DNA from: the human T2T-CHM13v2.0 reference genome, Homo sapiens
NCBI RefSeq assembly: GCF_009914755.1
Contig: NC_060939.1
Length of the DNA: 64,000 nt
Direction: 5' to 3' (one strand)
In this document: piece by piece, positions 29,449-44,709 of the stretch
Position numbering within the stretch: position 1 is the stretch's first letter
Layout: each line of letters opens with the position of its first letter
Program-made: the position numbers and the translations under genes
Notes under the pieces: model-generated
What the model saw: only the letters and a program-made list of their open reading frames with translations
Told to the model about the DNA's origin: nothing
Databases searched by the model: none

Positions 29449-29940
29449 TTTGTGGTTGGTGGCAGCGATGGACACTGCAGCCAGCCAGAGCGTAGAAAGG
29501 CATCGGGGTAAGTGCACTATCCAGGCTGCACTGCGGGTGGCCTGGGACGGGTTGGGAGCCCTATCTCAGGCGTCACTGCCCGTCTTGGGTGGCTGGTTGG
29601 GTGTGCTATCTGGGGCTGTGCTGCCTGCACCGGGGGGTGGTTTGGGGGCCCAAACCGGGGCTGCACTGCCTTTGGCGGGGAGCCGGTTGGGGGCACTATC
29701 CCAGACTGTATTGCTGGCAACAGTGAGGTGGGCTAAGTGTGCTATCCAGGGCTGCACTGTGCGGCTGTGGGGGGTGGTGTGGCGGTTTCGGGTTGAGGGC
29801 GCTATGGGGTGCTGTAATGCCCATGGTGCAGGGAGGCGGGGCGGTTTGCCTACGTTGGGTGTGCTATTGGGGGGGGGTGACACTGCTGGTGGTAGGGGGC
29901 AGGGTGGGTTGGGGGCCATATCAGGGGCTGCACTGATTGC
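29449..29940 (+). repeat. Degenerate ~45-bp GC-rich tandem repeat (GCTATC.GGGCTGCACTG...GGGTTGGGGG), block 1
   Basis: Motif recurs at ~29517, 29561, 29605, 29650, 29696, 29741, 29801, 29864, 29918. Confidence 0.75.
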
Positions 29941-31215
29941 TTTAGCTAGGATTTCTGGTACTATGTTAAACAACAGTGGTGACAGGGGGCATCCTTATCA
30001 TGTTCCAGATCTTAGAGGAAAAGCTTTCCATTTTTCCCCATTCCATATGATTCTAGCTGTGGGTGTCTTTCCTGTAGTTTTTATTATGTTGCGGTATGTT
30101 TCTTCTGTGCCCGTTTCTTTGAGGATTTATAGCATGAAGGGATGTTGAATTTCATCAAATGCTTTTTCGGTTTCAGTTGACGTGATGATACTGTTTTTGT
30201 CGTTTATTTGGTTGATATGATGTATCACATTGTATGTTGAGTGACCCTTGATCCCAGGGATACATTGCACTTGATCATGATGAATTATCTTTTTAATGTA
30301 TTACTGAATTTGATTCAGTGGTATTTTGTTGAGGATTTTTGCATCAATATTAGAGATCCTGGCCTGTAGTTTCCTTCTTTGATGCTTTTGTCTGATTTTG
30401 GTATCACAGTAATAATGGTCTCATAGAATAAGTTTGGAAGTATTCCCTCCTGTTTTTCAAAATAGTTTGAGCAGGATTTGTACTAGGTCTTTAAATTGTT
30501 TGGTGTGAAGCCATCAGCAGTGAAGACATCAGTTCCTGGGCTTTTCTTTACTGGGAGACTTTTTCTGATGGCTTCAATCTCATTACTTGTTACCAATCTG
30601 TTCTGGTCTTGGATGTTTTCGTTGTTTAACCTAAGTAGGTTGTATGCATCTAGGAATTTGCCAATTTCTACTAGGCTTTCCAATTTATTGGCATATAATA
30701 GCCAGTTATGATCCTTTGAATTTCTGAAGTATTAGTTGTAATGTCTCCTTTTTTTAATCTGTTGATTTTATTTATTTGAATCTTGTCTCTTTACTTAGCC
30801 TGGTTAAAAGTTTGTCAATTTTGTTTAGCTTTCCAGAAAACCAACTTTTCGTTTAATCTTGTGAGGTTTTTATTTCAATTTTGTTTCTGCTACGATCTTA
30901 TTTATTTTCTTATTTTCGGTTTAGTTTGTTCTTTACTAGTTCTTTAAGATGTATTGTTTACTTGAAGTTTTTCTTTTGTTTGGATGGTAGGCACTTATAG
31001 CTGTAAATCTCTGCCTTTGTACTGCTTTCTGCATAACAAGTTTTGGTATACTGTGTGTTCATTACCCTTTGTTTCATGAAATTTTTGAATTTCTGTCTTA
31101 GTATCTTCATTGACCCGCTAGTCATTTATTCAGGAGGGTAGTGTTTAACTTCCATGTGATTGTATTATTTCCAAAATTACTTTTCTTATTGATACCTATT
31201 TTTATTCCTTTGTAG
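29940..31215 (-). mobile_element. L1 ORF2 fragment
   Basis: Minus translation EIGKFLDAYNLLRLNNENIQDQNRLVTSNEIEAIRKSLPVKKSPGTDVFTA. Confidence 0.88.
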
Positions 31216-31339
31216 TGAAAGAAGATGGCCACAGAGACAGACAGCAGCGTGGTCAGAGTGGTAGGAGCCGGCCATCAGCGAGAGCTGCTCCATGCCTGGC
31301 TGCTGGGTGCTAGAGTCTGCGGCCCACTGGCTTGCCTCA

Positions 31340-31700
31340 CTGTGGTTGGTGGTGGCGGTGACAGAGACTGCAGCATGACCAGAGTGGTAGGACAGGGGCT
31401 ATCCAGGGCTGCACCTTTCGCAGTGTGGGGTGGGTTGGGGGCGCTATCCAGGGTGTCATTGCCTGCATTAGGGGTACTAGTTGGTAGCACTGTACAGGGC
31501 TGCACTGCCCACGGCAGGGAAGGTGGGTTATGGGTGCTTTCTGGGGCTGCAATGCCCATGGAGGAGAACAGGTTAGGGCACTATCGGGTATACGCTACTG
31601 GCGGCATTGGGGGACAGAGGTGGGGGGTGCTATTGAGGGCAGGACTAGCCGTGGAGTGGGGGACGAGTTCGGTGCTATCAGGCTGCACTGCTGGTGGCGG
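31340..31700 (+). repeat. Degenerate ~45-bp GC-rich tandem repeat, block 2
   Basis: Same GCTATC/GGCTGCACTG units and the same leader (TGTGGTTGGTGG...ACTGCAGC...CCAGAG) as block 1. Confidence 0.72.
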
Positions 31701-32499
31701 TCAACAGAGTTGGCATCCAAGGAAGGAGTGGTTCTCCTCTCCCTGACTCCACACTCCAGAGGGCGACCCACTCTTGGTCATACTGGAATGCGGCAGGGCA
31801 CGCAGCGTTTGCATGGGAATCCTGAGCATGGCAGAGCCCCCACACCCACCGTGGTTCCTGGGCCTGTGCACTCTGGGTCTGTGCCTCAGAGGCTGCCAGG
31901 CACCCCTGGGGACACCACGGGGGACAGGGCCCTGTGCGTGGAAGCGTCCGGAACAGGAATTGGCACCTGGGTGCAGAGGGCTGGCTGGGTCTGAATTTTT
32001 CTGCTTCTCCTGCTCCCCAAGGAGTGCAGCCCCAGTGGGCCCAATGGTTCCTGTGGAGTGGGGAGCTGCGTGCTGTGGTGTCTCCAGCACCCACCCCAGA
32101 CCTCAGTTCCCGGCCAGCTTGGGCCAAAAGGAGAGGCTGGACTTTGGAGGGTGGGTGTGAGTGCCTTTGCTGAAACTGGCCCCTGCCACCCAGTGGCCGG
32201 CATGACAAGGTGAGGCTCTAACCCTTCCACCCCTCACATCTTCCTCTAGGCTTTTCTGGCTTTGCCCGCCCAGCTGCTCCATGCCAGGAGGAGGAGGAGA
32301 CACCTAGAGCCTGCGACACCACGGCTCGCCTCGCTACAGGTGGGTGGCAGTGACGGAGACTGCAGTGCACCAGAGCGGTAGGAGAGCGACCACGCTAGGA
32401 GGGCAGGCGGCTGCAGCCAGGGTCAGGCTTACAGCAATGGACGGGCTGCAGCAGTGACCAGGTGGTAGGAGCCTTGTAGGGAGGGCTGGTGCATTGGCA

Positions 32500-35400
32500 A
32501 TGGGCCTGGCTTTGCCCTGCGCCTGCCGTGGATCTGGCCCTGTACTGCCCTGCCTTGCCCTGTACCTGCCCTACTGTTACCTGGACTCTCGGCCCTGTCC
32601 TGCTCTGGTCCCATCCTGACCCTGTCTTGGCCCTGTGCTACCCTGTCCCTTCCCTGGTCTTGCCCTGGCACTGGCCCTGCCGTGAACCTGCACTGGCCTG
32701 ACCTTGGCTCTGGCCCTGCCCCTTGTCCTGACCCTGGTCCTGTCATGGCACTGGCCCTGCCAATGGTCATGGTCCTGCTCTTGTTCTGGCCCTGACCTGG
32801 CCTTGGATATGTCCTGGCCCTGCTTTGGCCCATCCCTGCCCTGGCCCCACCATGGGCCTGCCTGTTCTGCCCTCTCCTGGCACTGACCTTGCCCTGTCAT
32901 GGCCCAGTGGTGCCATTGCCCTGCCTTACCCTGAGCTGCTTGTGCCTTGGCCCTGCTTGGTGCTGGCCGCTCCCTGGACCTGCCCTGGACCTGCCTTGAC
33001 CCTGCCTTGGCTTTTGCCGTGCCCTCACTATGGCCTGGCCCTGGCCCTAGCCCTGGTCCTGCCATATCCCTGGCCCTGCCCTTATCCAGGCCCTGCCCCT
33101 GCTGCTGCCCTGGCCCTGGCCTGGAACCTGGTCCTGTCAAGGACCTGCCCTGACTCTGCCATGGCCCTGGCCCTGCTCTGCCTTGTTCCTGGCCCTGACC
33201 CAGACCCAGACCCTTTCCTGGCTCTGCACTGGCCTTTCCCTGGCCCTGAGCTGGCAGTGGTCTGCCCCTGGTCTTGCCATTACCCTGCCCTGCTGTGCTC
33301 TGGATGTGTCATCACCCTGCCCTGGCCCTACTCTGCCTTTGACCCTGCCCTGGCCTTACCTTGGCCCTCACCCTAGTCTTCGCTAGACCCTGCTCTGGAG
33401 CTGGCCCTAGCACAGACCTGGCCCTGATCCTGGCCCTGGTCTTTGTCCTGCCATAGCCCTGGCCCTGAAGTGAACTTGGAGGTGTTCTGGCCCCGGCGTA
33501 ACATGGCTCTGCATTGGCCTGTCCCTGCCCTGCCACTACCATCGCCTTGCCCTGCTCTGCCCTGTCCCAGTACTGACCTGGCCATGCTATTTCCCTGCCC
33601 TACCCTGCCTTGGCTGTGCCCTGGCTCGGTTCTGGCCCTGGCCCTGGCCCTGCCCTGGACATGCTCTGACACTGCCTCAGCCTCGGCACTAGCCTGGCTC
33701 TTCTTTGGCATCAGCTCTGCTCTCTGTGTGGACCAGCTCTTGTCCTGTCCTGTACTGGCCATACCATGCCCTGCCCTGCCCTGCCCTGACTCAGCCCTGG
33801 CTCAGCCCTGGCCCAGCCTTGGCCGTGGCATTGCCCCTGGTCCTGCCATATTTCTTGCCCTGTCCCTACCCTGGCCTTGGCCCTGACCCTTACCTTGCCC
33901 TGGCCCTGCCCTTGCCCTAACGCAGCCCCTGGCCCTGTCATGGCCCTGCCCTGGACCTGTCCTGGCCCTGGCCCTGCCCAGGTCTTGGCACTGGCCTGGC
34001 CCTGCCCTGCCTTGGCCCTATGCTTTCCTGGCCCTGCCTTGCCGGCCCTGGCCCTGCCTTGGCCCTAGCCTAGCTTTGACCCTGCCCTGGCCCTACCTTG
34101 GCATTCACCCTAGCCTTACCTGGGCACTGTGTTGGACCTGGCCATAGCACAGACCTGGTTGTGGCCCTGGCCCTGCCATGGCCCTGTCCCAGACCCTAGC
34201 CCTGCCAGGTACCTGTCCTGGCCCAGCTCTGGGCCTGGCTTTGTCCCTGGTTCTTAGATGAACCTGGCCCTGCCCCTGCCCTTGCCCTTGCCCTGGCACT
34301 GGCCTTGGACATGTCCGTGGTCCTAACCCTGGCCCTGCCCTGGAGCTGCCACTGTCTTGGCCCTGCCCTGGCTCTGGCCCTGCCCCGGCCCCAGCCATAG
34401 ACCTGCCCTGGTTGGTCATGCCCTACCTTAACCCTGTGCAACCCTGGGCCTGCTCCACCCTGCCCTGGCCCTGCCCTCCCTTTGTCCCTGCCCTGACCCT
34501 GCCTTGGCCCTCACACTGGCCCTAGCACAGACCTGGTCCTATGTGTGGCCTTGGCCTGGCATTGACCCCTGCTCCTGACCCTGGTCCTGCCATGGCCCTG
34601 GCCCTGCCAATGACCCTGGCAGCCATGACCCTGGCCCTGTCTTGGCCCTGGCCCTGAACTGGCCCTGCCCTGACCTGGCCCTGAAGTGGATTTGCAGGTG
34701 TCTTGTCCCTGATTTAACCTGGCCCTACCATGGCCCTGTCCCTCCCCTGGCTCTGTCCTGGTCTTGTGCTTACCCTGACCCAGACCTTGGCCCTGCCCCA
34801 GCCTTGTCCTTGACCTGGCCATGGCCCTGCCTCTGCCCTGGACCGGCGCTGGCACTGGCATGGACCCTGGCCCTGGCCGTTCGCTACTTAAGGCCATACC
34901 CTGGTCCAGCCCTGGTCCTGACCCTGTCCTGGCCCTAATTTGGCCTGGCTCTACCTTGGCATGCTATTCTGGCCCTATCCCTGACCCTGTCCCTGTCCCT
35001 GTCCTGGCCCCAGCCCCATTGCTGGTCCTGCCATGGCCCTTGTTCTGACATTGCCCTTTCCTGGTTCTGGCCCTGGCCCTGTCCCAGCCCTGCTCTGGCC
35101 CTGGTCTGAACCCTGGCCCTGCAATAGACCTGCCTTGGTCCTGCCCAGACCCTGGCTCTGGCCCTACCTCTGCCCTGGCCATACCCTTGCCCTGGCCTGG
35201 ACCCCGGTCCTGGTCCTTGTCCTGCCCCAGCCATGGCCCTGGCCCTGCCCTGCCTGTGCCCTGTTCTATCCTGGGCTGGCCCTGCCATGACCTGGTCTTG
35301 CCATTGCCCTGCCCTAGCCTGCCATGCTTGTGCCCTAGATCTGCCCCGCTTGTGCCCTAGATCTGCCCCGGCCTTTGCCCCGTCTTGGTTCTAGCCTTGA

Positions 35401-37880
35401 CTCAGCCCTGGACCTTCCCTGACCTCGCCTCAGACCTGGCACTACCCTGGCCTTGCCTTGGCATTTGCCCTACTCTCTCTGTGGCCTGGCTCTGGTCCTG
35501 CCCTGCTCTGCTCTTGTTCTGTCCTGGCACAGCCCTGGCCCTGGCCCTGCCATATCACTTGCTCTCGTCCTGCCCTTATGCAGACCTGACCCTGCCACTG
35601 CCTTGGCTTTGGCCTGGACCTTGGCCATACAGTGACCCTGTCATGACCCTTTCCTGGCCCTGGCCTGGAACCTGGCCCTGCCAAGGACTCGCCCTGGCTC
35701 TGTCATGGCCCTGGCCCTTTCCTGGATTTGGATGTGTCCTGTCCCTTATTTGCCCCGGCCCTTCCCTGGCTCTGCCATACCCCTTCTCTGGGGTAGGGCC
35801 AGGGTCAGGACCAGACCAGGGCAGGGTCAGGACCAGGGTAGGGCCATGGTAAGGCCTGAAGATGGGAAGGGCCAGGGCAGCGGCTGGACCAGGGAAGGAT
35901 CAGGGCCAGGGATGTAGTAGGACTAGCGGCAGAGCCGGCACTAGGGCTGAACCAGGGCAGAGCAGGAGAGATTGCATTAGGCTATTACATAAAATTTTTA
36001 TTTTAGATTTTTAAGATAACTATATTAGTAGTAATGTCTATACTATATTGTTTGTAATAGTAATAATATTTGCAGTAATCACTAAATTTTAACTAATACT
36101 ATCTTTGCTTCCAGTAGTGTTCTATGAATATAATATAATTTTATCAATATGTAAATATGTGAGGCATTGATTCTCACAATAATTCTATGTGCTAGGTACT
36201 TAAAGCATCCCCATTTTCCAAATATAGGAAACAGGCATAAAGAAGTTAAATACTTGGCCAGATTACTCCTGTAATCCCAACACTTTGGGAGGCCAAGGCA
36301 GGCAGATGGCTTGAGCTCAGGAGTTTGGAACCAGCCTGGGCAACATTGTGAAACCCCATCTCTACTAAAAATGCACAAAAAGAACTAATTTAAGTTTCTT
36401 GTAGGATTCTGGTTATAAAACACTGGTCAAACACACAGGGCATGGATAGGGCAGGGCCAGGGACAAGGTCAGGCCAGGAAGGGGCCAGGGCCAAGGCAGG
36501 GCCAGAGCTGGACTTGGAGGTGTCCTGGTCTGATTTGCCCTGCCCCAACGTTGGCCCAGCCCTGCTCTGGCACGACCTGTCATGCCCTGTCCCTGGCCTG
36601 AGCATTGGCCCTGTCCCTGTCCTGCTTCTGGCCCTGCCCCGGAGTTGACCAGGCACTGCCATGGCACAGTCCTCCATTGCCCTGCCCTCGTCTGCCCTGG
36701 TGCTACCATGGCCCTGCTTGGGCCCTAGCTCTGCCTCGACTCTGGACCTGCCCTGACTCTGCTCAGCCCTGGATCTACCCTGACTCTGCCTTGGTGTTGC
36801 CCTCCCATATCTATGGCCTGGCTCTGGCCATGCCTTGCACAGGCCATGCTCTGCCCTGCATGTCCCAGCCTGGGCCCAGCCCTCATCCTACCATATTCCT
36901 GACCCCAGCCATACCCTTGTTCTGGCCGTGACCCTGCCGTGGCCCTCTCCTGGCCCTTCCTTGGTCCTGCCCTGCCCTTCCATGCCCTGGCCTTGCCCTC
37001 ACCCTGCATTGGCCCTGCACTGGTCCTGCCCTGCCCTGGTACTGCCTTGCCCCGGCCCTGCCTTCTCCCTGGCCTTGCCCTGCCCTGGCCTTGGCTTTGC
37101 CTTATCCTGGTCCTGGTTCTGCCCTGACCCTGGCCTTGCTCTGGATCCTCTCTGGTTCTGCCTTCTCCCTGGCCCTGTCCTTGCTCTGGCCCTGTCCCTG
37201 GCCCAGCCTTGACCCTGACCCTGGCCCTGACAATCCCCAGGTCTGACACTGGCTATGCTTGGCCCTGGCCCCTCCTTTTGGCCCTGCCCTGGCCCTGCCT
37301 TGGCCCTGTGCTATCTTAGTCCTGCCCTGGCCCTGAACTCGCCCTGGCCCTACCCTCACCCTACACTGGCCCTGGCCTACCCTGGCTTTGCCCTGCCCTG
37401 GCCCTGCCTTTGGCCTGCTCTGGCTCTGGTTCTGCCCTGGCCTTGCCCTTACCCTGGACCCTCCCTGGCCGTGTTTTTTCCATGGTCCTTCTCTGGCCTT
37501 GCCCTTGCCCTGTCCCCTTTCTTGTCCTGCCATGTTTCTGGCCCTGCCCTGTCCATGTCCTGGACCTGACTCTGGCCCTGGACCTCCCTGTCCCTGCCCT
37601 GCCATACTCTGGCCCATTCTTGCTCTACACTGACCCTGTCCTGCCTTGGCCCTGTGCTACCCTAGCCCTGCCCTGGCCTTCTGCTGACCCTGATCCTGCC
37701 ATGGCCCTGGCCCTGCCATGTCCCTGCCCTGGCCCTGGTTCTGCCCTGCTTCTGGCCCTGGCCTTGGTCCTCTCATGTCCCTGGCTATGACCCTGCCCCT
37801 GGTTTTTCTCTGGCCATGACCCTGCCCCAGTTCTGTCCTATCCCTGGCCCTGTCTCAGTTCTCTCCTAGCCCTGGCCTTT
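32500..37880. repeat. CAGGG (CCCTG/GGCCCT) pericentromeric repeat, interrupted at ~35970-36435 by AT-rich DNA and an Alu fragment
   Basis: Kilobases of CCCTG/CCCTGG pentamer-hexamer units on plus; G-rich orientation at 35791-35970 and ~36437-36520. Confidence 0.9.
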
Positions 37881-38269
37881 CACAGTACTTTATGCTTAGT
37901 AAGGGCTCCATAGTGTCTGTGAGTTGAATGTTGTGTTCATAGTATCTGCCAAAACAGAAAGAAAAAAACCAAAATATTTTGATAGGAAGTTAAAGCTTTG
38001 TATATAATATGCCTTGAATTGTAAGTGCTTGTTATTAGTTGTATTACATATAGGTCATGGTTTTGTACACATAACTCCAAACCATTGATACTGTTAAAAG
38101 AATATATGAATATATGAAAGAATGTATAAACGTAAGAATGTATGAGTATCTAATGACCTTTCCAAATTAATTTTTATTTTTAGCTCTATTAGATTTTTCT
38201 CAGTGTAACAAATGTTTATTCCTATGTAATTAAGGGCGTATTTCCTGTACAGAATATTCATATTACCTA

Positions 38270-41850
<3,581 letters not shown>

Positions 41851-42614
41851 ATGCACTGTCACGTGTGTGTCTACTCTTTTTCCCAAGCAACAAAAATTAT
41901 AATTCATTAATTTTAATTTTATTATTTAAGAATATTCTTAAGAGTTGAAGGAAAAACAATATTGTAACATAAATTGTAACATTATGGGTTACAATCTAAG
42001 TATAAATAATACATAAATATATTAAAACTTACAAAGAATATGTTTTGGAATCGAATATACCATGCTTCTGTGATGACAGTTATTTCATGCTGGTTGTCAT
42101 AATTTTACATGAAAAACTAATGAAAAAATGTTTTTAACTGTTTCTAAAAATAACAGTTTCCAAAACAGTTTTACATTCGAAATATGAAAAAGATGTCTTT
42201 GTGTTCCTTAATCTGATGAGATTTTCACACTCTGCACATGATAATTGTTAGATTTTTATTGTGTTGATAAATTGTATATCAAATAAAAAATGTTATTACC
42301 TCTTAAATTAGGATTTTTAGGTGATATAGTCAGAAAGGAAGGCAAGTTTTTATAACTTTTTCTAAATGAACTTTCTAAATGCCTGAGTATTAAAAGATAG
42401 CATGTCTATAAATCACAATGTATATATTACTGTATGACCTAGGACCAATCAAAACCGTTACCTCTGATAACATTATATTGTGCCCAGTATAAAATAGATA
42501 TAATAATACCTCAAACTTAAATCCAGGCATTGTTGAATGTCTTAAGAATATGCAGCAAAGGTGCTTTTAAAAATACAAGCTAGTGATTGTACCAAATTTG
42601 TAAATCACATAGGA

Positions 42615-43292
42615 TAGTGGGTCATTTTAAGAATATTAGTTATTTCAATCTGTAAACATGGATGTCTTTCCTTTTTTGTGTTTTCTTTAATTTCTTTCAT
42701 TAATACCTGTCATTTTTGTTGTCAAAATCTTTTACTTCCTTGGTTAAATTTATTTCTAAGTACATTTTTGTAGCTATTGTAAAAGGAATTGCTTTCTTAA
42801 TTTCTTGTTTCAGCTAGTTTACTATCAATATATAGAAATGCTACTGATTTTTGTATGTTGATTTATATCCTGCAACTTTATTAATTTCATGTATCACCCT
42901 AAGAAGCTTTTGGTAGAGTCTTATTTTTTTCCGTGTATAAGATCACATTGTCTTTAAACAGGGACAATTTGACTGTCTCCTTTCCAATTCAGATGTCCTT
43001 TATTTCTTTCTCTCACCTAATTGTCCTGGTTAAGACTTTCACTATGTGAAATATGATTGGTGAGAATAGGCATCCTTTTCTTGTTCCAGTAAAATCTTTT
43101 TCTTGTTCACAGTAAAATCTTTCACCTTTTCCACACTCAGTATGATCTTAGTTGTAGATTTGTCCTTTATGTCCTTCTGTGTTAAGGCATATATTTTCTA
43201 TACTAAATTGTTGAGAGGTTTTTTGTCATGTAAGAATATTTAATTTTGCCAAACGCTTTTATTGTGTTTATTAATTTAATCATATGGTTTTC
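42615..43292 (-). mobile_element. L1 ORF2 fragment (inverted part)
   Basis: GCTACTGATTTTTGTATGTTGATTTATATCCTGCAACTTT and similar motifs. Confidence 0.82.
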
Positions 43293-43975
43293 AGTATATA
43301 TCCAAAGGAAAGAAAATCAGTATATCAAAGAGTTACCTGCACCCCCATGTTTATTACAGCACTATTCACAATAGCCAAGATATGGAATCAACAAAAGTGT
43401 CCATCAACAGATGAATGGATAAAGAAATGTGACATACATATATAATGGAATATTATTTAGTCATAATAAAGAACAAAATCCTGTTATTTGTGGCAACAAG
43501 AATGCAAGTGGAGGGCATTATGTTAGGTGAAATAAGCCTGGCATAGAAACATAAACACCACATAACTACATGTTCTCACTTATGTATGGAAGCTAAAATT
43601 TTTAATCTCATAGAAGTAGATAGTAGAGTTTTGGTTACCATATCCTGGAAAGAGTAGGAGAAAGAAGAGTATAAGAAAACTGTGGTTAATACATACAAAA
43701 TTACAGCTAGAGAGAAGGAAGAAGTTCTAGTTCTCTACAGCACTGTTGGGTGACTGTAGTTAACGGGAATTTATTGTGTGTTTTCAAATAACTAAAATAA
43801 AAGATTTTGAATATTCTCACTGCAAAGAAATAATACATGATTTAGGTAATGGATATGATAATGACTCTGACTTGATCTTTACACATTGCATAAATATATC
43901 AAAATATCACGCTGTACCCCATAACATGTACATTTATTATATGTCAATTAAAATAAATTTAAAAGACAAAAAATG
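43293..43975 (+). mobile_element. L1MA-type 3' end
   Basis: CCCATGTTTATTACAGCACTATTCACAATAGCCAAGATATGGAATCAAC...A-rich end. Confidence 0.85.
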
Positions 43976-44505
43976 AGGTAAAGGTAAATGTACAGAATTT
44001 AATTACTTCTTCTTCTATAAAACCCGAGTCAGTACCAAGAAGAGTCAATTTATTAGTTTTCTAAAATAAAAAAAATCAAAATCACCAAAAAAGAGCAATA
44101 TCCAAGAAAACATTGAAAATGAAACACAACATTTAGTAAGAATAGAAAACTTGGGCACTGTATCACCCTGTTCCTAGATACCGATTTACTGATGGCCATT
44201 TAAATAGAATTTTATTCTATCTAATTCATTTATACTCCCAGAGTTCGAAATTACATTTTACCTACAATAAATGAGATAACACTTGTAAATTATATGGTAC
44301 TCTGCCTAACACACGTTAATAACTCAATACATGTTAGCAATAAACTTTTAGTATAGTAGTCAAAGTATTAATTTCTCACATTGCAATTTCCTTCAAAGAC
44401 ATGAATACAACCTTTCTAATGACTCCTTGTTCATCAAGATACCTCTTCAAATTATTCTATTTGTTTCATTCAGTATATTACCTGTGTATACCGATATTAC
44501 ACTCT

Positions 44506-44709
<204 letters not shown>

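Noticed and set aside
28084-29495. 445/319/294/268/258-aa Arg/Pro/Ala-rich ORFs
   Set aside because: The adenine-free minisatellite leaves all frames open; no domain similarity
29400-29520. Telomere or fusion-site TTAGGG array after TAR1
   Set aside because: No TTAGGG/CCCTAA tract is present; TAR1 is cut and joined to a different repeat
29449-31700. Naming the ~45-bp GC repeat as ACRO1/GSAT/ajax
   Set aside because: I cannot match it to those consensi from memory, so it is left unnamed
32429-37790. Dozens of Pro/Leu/Ala- or Gly/Gln/Arg-rich ORFs (collagen/mucin-like)
   Set aside because: Overlapping frames of the CAGGG repeat
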